NCBI GenBank assembly: GCA_934190785.1
Contig: CAKPTA010000001.1
Span: 13,514-77,513 of the forward strand
Length of the DNA: 64,000 nt
Origin: an uncultured Bacilli bacterium
GTDB lineage: Bacteria; Bacillota_I; Bacilli_A; RF39; UBA660
Reading direction: 5' to 3'
Position 1 is the first letter of the stretch; each line of letters begins with the position of its first letter. The translations under genes and the position numbers were made by a program. Below the pieces are notes generated by a model. The model made no database searches, had not been told where the DNA came from, and saw nothing but the letters and a program-made list of their open reading frames with translations. This document shows positions 29,830 through 38,822 of the stretch, one piece after another.

Positions 29830-30323
29830 CCACCTGTGATGTTATTAGCAATTTCTGATATAATCATACAATTAGGGTTAAGTGTTTTTATATCTTTTAC
29901 AACTTTAGATTTTTGCTTTCTAGCAGTAAATATTAAAAGTACGTATTTTTCTTTGTCCTTTCCATATCCAGGAACAGTTGTAATAGCGTAACCTTTACTT
30001 CTTAATTCATCTATGGTGTTAATATTTTCTTTGTCAATTATACAAGTAAGAAGATTGTTACCAAGTGCGATTTTATTTTCTACATAACTTCCTACATAAG
30101 AGCCAACAAAAGACCCAAGACAAAAAAAGATAACTTTTAAAATGTCGCTTTTAATATCAATGATAACAATTCCTGCTGTAATAACCCATATTATTGAAGT
30201 TATAAAGTTCAAAATAGCACCAAGCATTTTCTTATTATTAGAGACGACAATTAAACGTAGTGTAGCTAGAGCATTTTCAATAACTTTTGACATAAATATG
30301 GCAAAATATATAATTATTTTCAT
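29814..30323 (-). CDS. UPF0316/DUF2179 family membrane protein
   Basis: N-terminal TM helices 'ATLRLIVVSNNKKMLGAILNFITSIIWVITAGIV…YVENKIALG' and C-terminal DUF2179-like 'AITTVPGYGKDKEKYVLLIF'. Confidence 0.55.
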   Translation of the reverse strand: MKIIIYFAIFMSKVIENALATLRLIVVSNNKKMLGAILNFITSIIWVITAGIVIIDIKSDILKVIFFCLGSFVGSYVGSYVENKIALGNNLLTCIIDKENINTIDELRSKGYAITTVPGYGKDKEKYVLLIFTARKQKSKVVKDIKTLNPNCMIISEIANNITGGYTNL

Positions 30324-30419
30324 ACTTCACCTCATTTTTATTTTAGGAAGTATTTTGTATTTTATACATATTCAAAAATTGGCGAAAATGTGCTACAATA
30401 TTTGGAAGTTGGTGATATT

Positions 30420-31052
30420 ATGAAAGTTAATTATAGTTTAGTGATGGAAAGTATTATAAAAGAAAATCAAGAAAAAGGTATAAAGCCAAGTCTTCTATTA
30501 CATGTGTGTTGTGCTCCTTGTAGTAGTGCTGCTTTAGAAAAATTAATTAAATATTTTAATATTACAATTTATTATTACAATCCTAATATCTCACCAATTA
30601 CAGAATATAAAAAAAGAGTATCTGAATTAAAAAAGTTTTTGCATGATACTAATATGGAAAATGAAGTTAATGTAATTGAAGGGGAATATGATAATAGTTC
30701 ATTTGATGAGATAGCACGTGGATTTGAGCATGAAAAAGAGGGTGGAACGCGTTGCTTTAAATGTTACTATTTAAGACTAAATAGTACAGCTAAATTGGCT
30801 TTAGAAAAAAAGTTTGATTATTTTACAACAACACTATCAATAAGTCCGTATAAATCAGCTTCTAAATTAAATGAAATAGGAAGTGTTTTAGAAAAAAAGT
30901 ATGGTGTAAAATATTTATATTCTGATTTTAAAAAGAAAGATGGTTATAAAAGATCAATCGAACTTTCTTATAAATATAATTTATACAGACAAAATTATTG
31001 TGGATGTATTTATTCATATGAGGTGATGAAAAATGAAAAAGCAGACATATAA
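30420..31052 (+). CDS. queH: epoxyqueuosine reductase QueH (DUF208)
   Basis: 'LLLHVCCAPCS' signature and downstream conserved Cys ('GGTRCFKCY', 'CGC'). A TGCTACAAT −10-like element lies upstream of ATG 30420. Confidence 0.7.
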   Translation: MKVNYSLVMESIIKENQEKGIKPSLLLHVCCAPCSSAALEKLIKYFNITIYYYNPNISPITEYKKRVSELKKFLHDTNMENEVNVIEGEYDNSSFDEIARGFEHEKEGGTRCFKCYYLRLNSTAKLALEKKFDYFTTTLSISPYKSASKLNEIGSVLEKKYGVKYLYSDFKKKDGYKRSIELSYKYNLYRQNYCGCIYSYEVMKNEKADI

Positions 31053-31743
31053 AGAACTTAGAGCTTTAATTTGTGCTTTAGTAGTAGCAAGTTTAGCAAG
31101 TGGATGTAAAACTAAAACAAACGATATTAATAGTGCAAGTAATATAGAAAAATCTAGTGAAACTGTAACTAATGATAATAGTGTTAGTACCGAAGAAAAT
31201 AGCGTTAGTAGTGATAATAAAGATAATTATAGTGTAGAAGAAAGTAAAGGAAGTGTAAGTACTAAAGAAGCAACAACTGTTTATGAAGAAAATAGTGATA
31301 AACAAGTTTTAGAATATATGGAAAATTTATATAATTCTATTTCTGAATTAGAAGATAGTGCTTCTATTAAAGCTAGGAATGGTTTTATAAGTACAATTGA
31401 TTTTTTATTCTATGATGGAGAAATTTGTGGAGTAACATTTGATAGTCTTAGTGCTAGTGCAAAAGAAAAGGTAATTATTATATCTACTAAGATTGTTGAA
31501 AAAATAGATAGTAAATTTCCAAATTTAAGATCGTCTGTTGGAGAAAAATATAGCGAAGCTTCAGCGTATTTAGTAAATAAAAAAGATGAACTTGTGGATG
31601 TTGTAAAAGGAAAACTTGGTAGTGATAATTGTGATAAAATATCTGATTACTATAAAAGTGCTAAAGATAAGGCTTCTAATACATATGACAAGGCAAAGGA
31701 AAAAGTAAAAAATTGGTATGAAAATTACCGTGATAATGAATAA
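31033..31743 (+). CDS. hypothetical lipoprotein
   Basis: Signal peptide with lipobox 'LASGC'; Ser/Asp/Glu-rich mature part; GAGGTGA RBS. Confidence 0.6.
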   Translation: MKKQTYKELRALICALVVASLASGCKTKTNDINSASNIEKSSETVTNDNSVSTEENSVSSDNKDNYSVEESKGSVSTKEATTVYEENSDKQVLEYMENLYNSISELEDSASIKARNGFISTIDFLFYDGEICGVTFDSLSASAKEKVIIISTKIVEKIDSKFPNLRSSVGEKYSEASAYLVNKKDELVDVVKGKLGSDNCDKISDYYKSAKDKASNTYDKAKEKVKNWYENYRDNE

Positions 31744-31766
31744 AAACGTCTTTAAGACGTTTTTAT
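31743..31766. terminator. bidirectional terminator shared by the lipoprotein gene and lexA
   Basis: AAACGTCTTtaAAGACGTTT hairpin flanked by A and T runs. Confidence 0.6.
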
Positions 31767-32440
31767 ATTTTTCTATATAAACCAATTGCTTTACCAAGAA
31801 TAGTAACATTATTTAAAATAATTGGAGCCATCGTATCATTTTCAGGTTGTAGTCGGAAATATCCATCCTCTTTATAATATGTTTTTAAGGTAACTTCATT
31901 TTCATCTGTCATAGCAACAACAATCTCACCATTAGACGCTGTATTTCTTCTTTCAACAATAACAATGTCACCACTTAAAATTCCTGCATTTATCATACTT
32001 TCACCATGAACATTTAAAGTGAAAACATCTTTATTTTTAGGAATTAAATAAGATGGTAGTGCAAAGTATTCATCTGGATGTTCAATTGCTTCAATTGGAC
32101 TTCCTGCGGTAATATTACCAAGTAGGGGGACTTCTACAACCATATCATTATCATTTATTGCAAATTCATTTTTAACTAATAATTCAATAGCTCTATTTTT
32201 AGCACCATCTCTTTTGATAAAACCTTTTTTTTCTAGATTAGTTAAATGTACATGAATAGTTGCTGGTGAAGATATATCTAATGCTTTTCCAATTTCACGT
32301 ACAGTAGGTGGAAATCCATGAGATACAATATATGATTTTATATAATTTAGAATTTCAGATTGTCTATTTGTTAAATTTTCGATATGAATCACTCCTTTAA
32401 ACTCTATGTCAATAATAACACTATTTTTTTTAAAAGTCAA
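31763..32440 (-). CDS. lexA: LexA repressor (5' end uncertain)
   Basis: N-terminal wHTH 'PPTVREIGKALDISSPATIHVHLTNLEKKGFIKRD' and C-terminal S24 peptidase 'GESMINAGI…GDIVIVER'. The maximal ORF starts at TTG 32440 inside a Cheo box, so the true start is probably downstream near the AAAGGAG at about 32400. Confidence 0.85.
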   Translation of the reverse strand: MTFKKNSVIIDIEFKGVIHIENLTNRQSEILNYIKSYIVSHGFPPTVREIGKALDISSPATIHVHLTNLEKKGFIKRDGAKNRAIELLVKNEFAINDNDMVVEVPLLGNITAGSPIEAIEHPDEYFALPSYLIPKNKDVFTLNVHGESMINAGILSGDIVIVERRNTASNGEIVVAMTDENEVTLKTYYKEDGYFRLQPENDTMAPIILNNVTILGKAIGLYRKI

Positions 32441-32451
32441 ACATTTGTTCG
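32438..32451. promoter_or_regulatory. Cheo/SOS box (LexA operator) proximal
   Basis: CGAACAAATGTTTG on the lexA strand; Gram-positive consensus is CGAACRNRYGTTCG. Confidence 0.7.
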
Positions 32452-32465
32452 AAAAACCATTGACA

Positions 32466-32479
32466 CAAACAATTGTTCG
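32466..32479. promoter_or_regulatory. Cheo/SOS box (LexA operator) distal
   Basis: CGAACAATTGTTTG, 28 bp from the proximal box, in the lexA/small-ORF divergent region. Confidence 0.7.
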
Positions 32480-32511
32480 TGATAAACTAAATACAGTTAA
32501 GGAGTGATAGT

Positions 32512-32661
32512 ATGAAAGAAATATTAGAAAGTAAAATATTTATAGGATTTATGTTGTTTTGTGTTGGATGTACTTATTTTATGACACCTGATAGTCATAG
32601 TGATAATATGGTAGCTAGTGATTCTAATACCATTTCAGTATCAGATTACGCTTACATTTAA
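32512..32661 (+). CDS. unannotated 49-aa lipopeptide-like small protein divergent from lexA (candidate SOS-induced gene)
   Basis: AAGGAG RBS 8 nt before ATG. 'MKEILESKIFIGFMLFCVGC…' is signal-peptide/lipobox-like. Both Cheo boxes lie in its upstream region. Confidence 0.45.
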   Translation: MKEILESKIFIGFMLFCVGCTYFMTPDSHSDNMVASDSNTISVSDYAYI

Positions 32662-32751
32662 GACAAATAATTTATTTGTTTTTTTTATTTTGTTTATAAT
32701 AAACGACATGATTATTCAAAGTAAATATATATAATTACTCTGGGTGATAAA

Positions 32752-33543
32752 ATGAAACTTTATTTAGATTTGATCTTTTTTCTGAATTTTAGTTTTGATT
32801 TTATGCTTTTACTTACTGTATCTGTAGTCCTTAAAAGAAATGTTTCTTTTAAAAGAATTTTTATGGGAGCTTTAATTGGTGCTATGAGTATTTTTTGTTT
32901 GTTTATTAAAATATCTTCTTTTACTCTTTTTTTATTTAAATTATTTATTAGTGTGATTATGATTATAGTTACATTTAAATTTAAAGATTTTTCATATTTT
33001 ATCAAAAATATGGGATATTTTTATATGGTAAGTATTATTTTAGGTGGTTTCTTATATTATCTAAATATTGAATTTTCTTATAAACAAGAAGGACTTGTTT
33101 TTTATCACCACGGCTTGTCAATTAATTTTGTTATCTTAGTTATAATTTCGCCTATTATTTTATATAATTATATAAGACAGGCACGTTTTTTTCGTAAAAG
33201 TGTTAGTTATTATCACAATGTTAGTTTGATGTATAAGGGCATTAAATATAATTTGTTTGGATATTTGGATACTGGTAATACTCTAAAGAGTCCATATTCT
33301 AACAAATGTGTTTCTATTATTAATAAAAATATTTTAACAGATATTAGTGACTCTGACGTTATATACATTAAGGCATCAACAGTATCGTCAAGTAAACTTA
33401 TGAAATGTATAAAAGTTAGTTATTTAAAAATTGATAATAAATATATTTATGATGCTCTTGTTGGAATTAGTTATGAAGATATTTTATTTGATGGGGTAGA
33501 TATTTTATTAAATAGGGATATATTGGAGGATGAAAATTTATGA
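32752..33543 (+). CDS. spoIIGA: sigma-E processing peptidase SpoIIGA
   Basis: Multi-TM N-terminus 'MKLYLDLIFFLNFSFDFMLL' and aspartic protease motif 'GYLDTGNTL'; immediately followed by sigE. Confidence 0.85.
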   Translation: MKLYLDLIFFLNFSFDFMLLLTVSVVLKRNVSFKRIFMGALIGAMSIFCLFIKISSFTLFLFKLFISVIMIIVTFKFKDFSYFIKNMGYFYMVSIILGGFLYYLNIEFSYKQEGLVFYHHGLSINFVILVIISPIILYNYIRQARFFRKSVSYYHNVSLMYKGIKYNLFGYLDTGNTLKSPYSNKCVSIINKNILTDISDSDVIYIKASTVSSSKLMKCIKVSYLKIDNKYIYDALVGISYEDILFDGVDILLNRDILEDENL

Positions 33544-34229
33544 TTAGAAAATTAATTAGCTTTTTTTATAGAATATTTAGAAGTAATAGTATTTTCTTTG
33601 TTGGTAGTGCAGATAAACTTCCAGAACCATTATCAAAAGAAGATGAGATTTTTTATGTTGAAAAAGCAACTTTGGGTGATACAGAAGCCAAAAGTAAATT
33701 AATAGAACATAATTTAAGATTGGTTGTCTTTTTAGCTAAAAAATATGAAAATACAGGTGTTGATTTAGAGGATTTAGTAAGTATTGGTACAATTGGACTT
33801 ATTAAGGGAATAAATACATATAAATTAGATAAGAATATTAAGCTTGCAACATATGCATCTCGTTGTATTGATAATGAAATATTAATGTTTTTAAGAAAAA
33901 ATAAAAAAAGAAAAAGTGAAATTAGTTTTGAAGATAGTCTTAGTTATGACAGTGAAGGTAATGAACTTCATTTAGAAGATATTTTAGGAACGGATGAAGA
34001 TATTGTTACATCTGGCCTAGAGAGAGAAACAGAAAAGAACTTATTATTAGGTGAAATAAATAGACTAAAGGGTAGAGATAGAGAAATTATGATTATGAGA
34101 TATGGACTTTTTGGAGCTGATGCAATGACACAAAAAGATGTTGCACTTACACTTGGAATTAGTCAGTCATATATATCGAGAATTGAAAAGAAAATAATTT
34201 TACGTTTAAAAAATAATATTCGTGTGTAA
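33540..34229 (+). CDS. sigE: sporulation sigma factor SigE (pro-sigma-E)
   Basis: Pro-sequence, then 'LSKEDEIFYVEKATLGDTEAKSKLIEHNLRLVVFLAKKYENTGVDLEDLVSIGTIGLIKGINTY'; overlaps the spoIIGA stop. Confidence 0.9.
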   Translation: MIRKLISFFYRIFRSNSIFFVGSADKLPEPLSKEDEIFYVEKATLGDTEAKSKLIEHNLRLVVFLAKKYENTGVDLEDLVSIGTIGLIKGINTYKLDKNIKLATYASRCIDNEILMFLRKNKKRKSEISFEDSLSYDSEGNELHLEDILGTDEDIVTSGLERETEKNLLLGEINRLKGRDREIMIMRYGLFGADAMTQKDVALTLGISQSYISRIEKKIILRLKNNIRV

Positions 34230-34236
34230 ACTTTTT

Positions 34237-34265
34237 AGAAATACTATAATGTATTTCTTTTTTTG
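34237..34265 (+). terminator. rho-independent terminator after sigE
   Basis: AGAAATACtataatGTATTTCT hairpin plus T7. Confidence 0.65.
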
Positions 34266-34313
34266 GTTTATTTAAATGGTATAATGTTACAAGAGGTGAT
34301 TTTTATAAAAAAG

Positions 34314-35090
34314 ATGATTGTAACAGACTTAGATGGAACATTACTTAATAGTAGTCATAAAGTTTCAAGTTTGTCAAAAACATATTTAAGTGATCTTAAA
34401 GAAAAAGGCTATGTTATTGTTTTAGCAACAGGAAGGGTTTTAAAAAGTGCTTTAGGTGCAACTGATGGGGCTTTATTTGCTGATTATATTATATCTGATA
34501 ATGGAAGTGTTATTTATGAAGTAGAAAGTGGTAAAATAATTTTTGAAGTTGGTATTGATAAAAGGGATGCTAGAAAAATTATTGATTTTTATGATGATAG
34601 TGTTAATTATATAGAAATTTGCGATTATTATGCATATAATATTTATACTGATAATTATCGTACTTATACAGAATCTTCTAAAAAAATAACAGATGTTTTA
34701 AAATATCTAGAAAATGTTAAACTTATCTCTCACATGGGTGTAATTATGAAGAATAATTTAGAATCTAAATACGGAGCATTAAAAACTAATTTTTCAAATT
34801 TGGATTTTTTAATTATGCAAGATTCATTTAGTAGTAATAAGTGGATTGAAATTTTTCCAAAAGGTGTTTCAAAATATCAAGGAATAACTTTCTTGATGGA
34901 AAAAGAACATATTAGTAATGAAGATGTTATTGCTTTTGGAGATGGACTTAATGATGCTTGTATGATTAAAAATGTTGGAGTAGGTGTTGCTATTGGAAAT
35001 GCTTTGGATGATGTAAAACGCGTATCTAAGTATGTTACTGATAGTAATGATTATGATGGTGTTGTTAAATTTTTAAAACAATATTTGTAA
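34314..35090 (+). CDS. Cof-type HAD-IIB family hydrolase
   Basis: 'MIVTDLDGTLL' motif I, 'VLATGR', 'IAFGDGLNDACM' motif IV. A TGgTATAAT −10 at 34277 precedes it. Confidence 0.75.
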   Translation: MIVTDLDGTLLNSSHKVSSLSKTYLSDLKEKGYVIVLATGRVLKSALGATDGALFADYIISDNGSVIYEVESGKIIFEVGIDKRDARKIIDFYDDSVNYIEICDYYAYNIYTDNYRTYTESSKKITDVLKYLENVKLISHMGVIMKNNLESKYGALKTNFSNLDFLIMQDSFSSNKWIEIFPKGVSKYQGITFLMEKEHISNEDVIAFGDGLNDACMIKNVGVGVAIGNALDDVKRVSKYVTDSNDYDGVVKFLKQYL

Positions 35091-35117
35091 AAAAAAGAGT
35101 GCTAAGCACTCTTTTAA
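35091..35117. terminator. bidirectional terminator between convergent genes
   Basis: AAGAGTGCTaAGCACTCTT hairpin flanked by A8 and T4. Confidence 0.65.
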
Positions 35118-35980
35118 CTATTATAAAGCTCTTCTTTTAATAGTGACATATTTTCATTCATTAAACTAATATAATCCATTTTATTAGTTCTATCTTTATC
35201 TGACATATTTGATAAATCATATAACTCGGCAATAGTAACATTTGTATTTTTTTCTATATTTTTAACAACATCACTTAAGTTATCTTTATCAGTTGTAAAA
35301 ATATAACTAATAGATCCATCTGCAATCATTTTTGTAACATCAGCAATATTTTTTTCTGTAACTGTTGTAGGGTCTAGTGATATAATTTTAAATCCATACT
35401 TTTCTAGAAACTTAAATTCATTATTATCAACAACTAAAGTATTGTTATCTGAACTTGAATTCATTAAATTAAAATTAGCGTCTATATTTGATATTTCTAA
35501 TTTTAAAGCTTCATATTTTTCTTCAATTTCATTTTTTAAGTAATGGTTTTCAATATATTCAGAAAGACCATTTTTAATATTTAATGAAAGCATTAAGAAA
35601 TTGGAAGGATCTAACCAAAGTTCATTTTGATTATATGTATATTCCATACTTTGAGAAGCATCAATAATCATTAAGTTTTTATTATATTTAAAAAGTGAAT
35701 TAACGTAATCTTTTTCTTTTGATAGACCATTAAATATATACATATCTGTTTTGCTATAGTCTTCAATTTGTTTAGATGTAAGACTATATTTAGTAATATC
35801 AATACTATTTGGATAAATACTATATACTGTGCTGTGTTCTCCATATAGGTAGTTTGTAATATATTCAATTGGGTAGGCTGTTGTATATATTGTTATATCT
35901 TCTAGATTATCTCTTTTAAAACATCCTGTCATTAAAAATGAGATAAATAAAATATTTAGTGTAATAATAAATTTTTTCAT
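35114..35980 (-). CDS. hypothetical lipoprotein
   Basis: Signal peptide with lipobox 'LMTGCF'; 288 aa; no catalytic motif recognised. Confidence 0.55.
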   Translation of the reverse strand: MKKFIITLNILFISFLMTGCFKRDNLEDITIYTTAYPIEYITNYLYGEHSTVYSIYPNSIDITKYSLTSKQIEDYSKTDMYIFNGLSKEKDYVNSLFKYNKNLMIIDASQSMEYTYNQNELWLDPSNFLMLSLNIKNGLSEYIENHYLKNEIEEKYEALKLEISNIDANFNLMNSSSDNNTLVVDNNEFKFLEKYGFKIISLDPTTVTEKNIADVTKMIADGSISYIFTTDKDNLSDVVKNIEKNTNVTIAELYDLSNMSDKDRTNKMDYISLMNENMSLLKEELYNS

Positions 35981-36210
35981 AAAATTTCCCTTTCTTTCTT
36001 TTTAATTGGTACAGGGTCTAAACCAGCTTTATGTAGAGGATTGCATCTTAAAACTCTTCTTACAGAAAGATATAATCCATATACTATTCCATAATTTTCT
36101 AAAGCTTCAATAGCGTAAGATGAGCATGTTGGAACATATCTACAGTGTGTATGTGAAGAAAAAGGTGCCCTTTGGTACCATTTGATAATTTTAATTAGTA
36201 GCTTTTTCAT
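35977..36210 (-). CDS. yidD: membrane protein insertion efficiency factor YidD
   Basis: '[31 protein letters not shown]…[14 protein letters not shown]' signature. Confidence 0.85.
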   Translation of the reverse strand: MKKLLIKIIKWYQRAPFSSHTHCRYVPTCSSYAIEALENYGIVYGLYLSVRRVLRCNPLHKAGLDPVPIKKKEREIL

Positions 36211-36305
36211 TTTAACACCAAAATAATTATACTAAAAATTATAAAAAAAGTAAAATAAATACACACTGTCTTTTATTTTTTGATATAATGTTTACAGGTG
36301 ATACT

Positions 36306-36971
36306 ATGGAAATATTAGATAAGTTAAATGTTAAAACAGAAAATATTGCTTTATATGAAACTGCATTTACTCATACATCTTATGCGAATGAATTTGGTGT
36401 AGAAAGTTATGAACGCCTTGAATATTTAGGAGATGCTGTACTAGAACTTGTTATGAGTGATTATTTATATAAAAATACGTCTTATGATGAAGGAACAATG
36501 ACTAAGATGCGTGCTCATTATGTTTGTGAAACTGCTTTATATGAATATTCTATGACACTTGGTCTTAATGAATATTTGCGTCTTGGTCATGGTGAAGAAG
36601 AAAATGGTGGAAAATTTCGTAAAGCAATTGTTGCTGATATATATGAGGCTTTTACAGGAGCACTATACTTAGATCAAGGTCTTGACAAAGCAAAAGAATT
36701 TATCTATATGACAGCTATTCCTTGTGTTATAAATAACTCTTTTGATTTCTTTCATGATTATAAATCAAAACTTCAAGAACTTGTTCAAACTGACAAAAGA
36801 AGCTTGGAGTATGAAATTGTAGATGAAGAAGGACCTGCTCATCATAAAATATTTACAGCTATTGTTAAAATAGATAATATTATATATGGAAAGGGAGTAG
36901 CTGGAAGTAAAAAAGAAGCAGAGCAAGAAGCAGCTCATGATGCTTTAAAAAAAAGCATTGGGAATGAATAA
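36306..36971 (+). CDS. rnc: ribonuclease III
   Basis: 'ERLEYLGDAVLELVMSDYLY' RNase III signature and C-terminal dsRBD 'GPAHHKIF…GSKKEAEQEAA'. AGGTGA RBS before ATG 36306. Confidence 0.9.
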   Translation: MEILDKLNVKTENIALYETAFTHTSYANEFGVESYERLEYLGDAVLELVMSDYLYKNTSYDEGTMTKMRAHYVCETALYEYSMTLGLNEYLRLGHGEEENGGKFRKAIVADIYEAFTGALYLDQGLDKAKEFIYMTAIPCVINNSFDFFHDYKSKLQELVQTDKRSLEYEIVDEEGPAHHKIFTAIVKIDNIIYGKGVAGSKKEAEQEAAHDALKKSIGNE

Positions 36972-36996
36972 TTATTAATGGTTTAAAAGTTAAATA

Positions 36997-37025
36997 AAAT
37001 CATAGTTTTGACTATGATTTTTTCG
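36997..37025 (+). terminator. rho-independent terminator after rnc
   Basis: AATCATAGTtttgACTATGATT hairpin plus T6. Confidence 0.65.
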
Positions 37026-37059
37026 TCTTCTTTGATATAATTGTATACAAGGTGAATGT

Positions 37060-38085
37060 ATGGAAAATATATATGGATATACACTTTCAAAATTAGAAGA
37101 TTACTTTCTTAGTATTGGAGAGAAGAAATTTAAAGCAGTACAAGTATATGAATGGTTATATAAAAAACGTGTTACATCAATATCTCTAATGAGTAATGTT
37201 AAGCATGATACTTTATTAAAAATGGAAGACTATTTTCTAATGGATAGAATTAAAATAGTTGCTAAAAAAGAAGGCTTAGATGTTATCAAATATTTATTTG
37301 AATTAAAAGATGGTAACCGTGTTGAAGCTGTTTTAATGAAACATGATTATGGAAATAGTCTTTGTGTTTCATCTGAAGTTGGATGTAATATGGGGTGTGC
37401 TTTTTGTGAAAGTGGTAGATTAAAAAAAATTAGAAATTTAGAAACTTATGAAATGGTTTTACAAATTCTTTTAGTTGAAGAAGATACTGGTATTAGAGTA
37501 TCTCATGTTGTTTTAATGGGGATTGGAGAACCTTTTGACAATTATGATAATGTTGTTTCTTTTGTTAATATAATTAATTCTGGTAAAGGTATTGATATAG
37601 GTGCTAGACATATTACAATATCAACATGTGGAATAGTTCCTAAAATAAAACAATTTATGAAAGAAGAGTGGCAAGTTAATTTAGCTATTTCACTTCATGC
37701 TCCAAACGATGAGATAAGAAATAGAATAATGCCTATAAATAAAGCTTATCCTTTAGAAGTTTTAATTGAAACACTAAAAGAATACATAAAAAAAACAAAT
37801 AGGAGAGTTACATTTGAATATGTAATGCTTAAGGATGTAAATGATTCTATTGAGTGCGCAAATGAACTTTCACATTTGTTAAAAGGAATGAATTGTTATG
37901 TTAATTTAATTCCATATAACGAAACAAGCCATATTGAATTTAAAAAAAGTCCAAAAGAAAATATAAGTGCGTTCTATGATACCTTAAAGAAGAATAAAAT
38001 TAATGTAACTATTAGACGTGAATTTGGAGCTAAATTAATGGCTGCATGTGGACAACTTAGATCAAATTATGAGGAGGGAAAATAA
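37060..38085 (+). CDS. rlmN: 23S rRNA/tRNA (adenine-C2)-methyltransferase RlmN (radical SAM)
   Basis: 'VSSEVGCNMGCAFCESG' CX3CX2C; Cfr/RlmN C-terminal 'CGQL'; conserved position before prpC–prkC. Confidence 0.85.
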   Translation: MENIYGYTLSKLEDYFLSIGEKKFKAVQVYEWLYKKRVTSISLMSNVKHDTLLKMEDYFLMDRIKIVAKKEGLDVIKYLFELKDGNRVEAVLMKHDYGNSLCVSSEVGCNMGCAFCESGRLKKIRNLETYEMVLQILLVEEDTGIRVSHVVLMGIGEPFDNYDNVVSFVNIINSGKGIDIGARHITISTCGIVPKIKQFMKEEWQVNLAISLHAPNDEIRNRIMPINKAYPLEVLIETLKEYIKKTNRRVTFEYVMLKDVNDSIECANELSHLLKGMNCYVNLIPYNETSHIEFKKSPKENISAFYDTLKKNKINVTIRREFGAKLMAACGQLRSNYEEGK

Positions 38086-38822
38086 TGGAGAGTTTCTATA
38101 TAACTGATCCTGGAAAGGTAAGAGATCACAATGAAGATAGTGTAACTATTGTCAGAAATGAAAGTGGTGAATACTTACTCGCTGTTGCTGATGGTATGGG
38201 TGGACATCTTTGTGGTGAAGTTGCATCGAGTTTAGCAATTACTTATATAGCTAATCGTTTTAAACAAATGAGCACAATTGGTAATAAAGAAGATGCAATT
38301 CATTGGATTCAAAATATTGCAGAAGAAGTAAATGTTCAAATATATAAATATACTGCAGAACATCCTGAAAGCGTTGGTATGGGAACAACATTTGTTATGG
38401 CAGTATTAACAAAAGATTTCCTACTATTTGGAAATATAGGTGATTCAAGTGGTTTTGTAATAAAAAAAGATAAAATAAAGAAAATTACAACAGATCATAC
38501 TCTTGTTAATTTACTTGTTAAATCAGGGGAACTTACAGAAGAAGAAGCCAAGAATCATCCAAGAAAAAATGTACTTATGAAAGCACTTGGTGCAGCTACT
38601 AAAGTAGAGATGGATGTTTTTGATGTTGAAAGAGATGTAAATGGAATATTTCTTTGTAGTGATGGTGTTACTAATCTTTTAGATGAAGATCAAATTCTTA
38701 GAGTTTTAGAAGAAGATTTGAGTATTGAAATGAAATTAGAAAAATTAGTTTATAAATGTAATAATAGAGGTGGAAATGATAATATTTCCATAGCTTATTT
38801 AAGAAAGGATGTATCAGAATAA
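38085..38822 (+). CDS. prpC: PP2C-family Ser/Thr phosphatase (Stp/PrpC)
   Basis: 'AVADGMGGH', 'GMGTT', 'LCSDGVTN' PP2C motifs. Confidence 0.85.
   Translation: MESFYITDPGKVRDHNEDSVTIVRNESGEYLLAVADGMGGHLCGEVASSLAITYIANRFKQMSTIGNKEDAIHWIQNIAEEVNVQIYKYTAEHPESVGMGTTFVMAVLTKDFLLFGNIGDSSGFVIKKDKIKKITTDHTLVNLLVKSGELTEEEAKNHPRKNVLMKALGAATKVEMDVFDVERDVNGIFLCSDGVTNLLDEDQILRVLEEDLSIEMKLEKLVYKCNNRGGNDNISIAYLRKDVSE

Noticed and set aside
32438-32440. TTG at 32440 as the lexA start codon (maximal ORF in the track).
   Set aside because: The TTG lies inside the proximal Cheo box and has no RBS. The LexA N-terminal helix begins about 15 codons downstream, where an AAAGGAG lies, so the true start is probably around 32380–32400.
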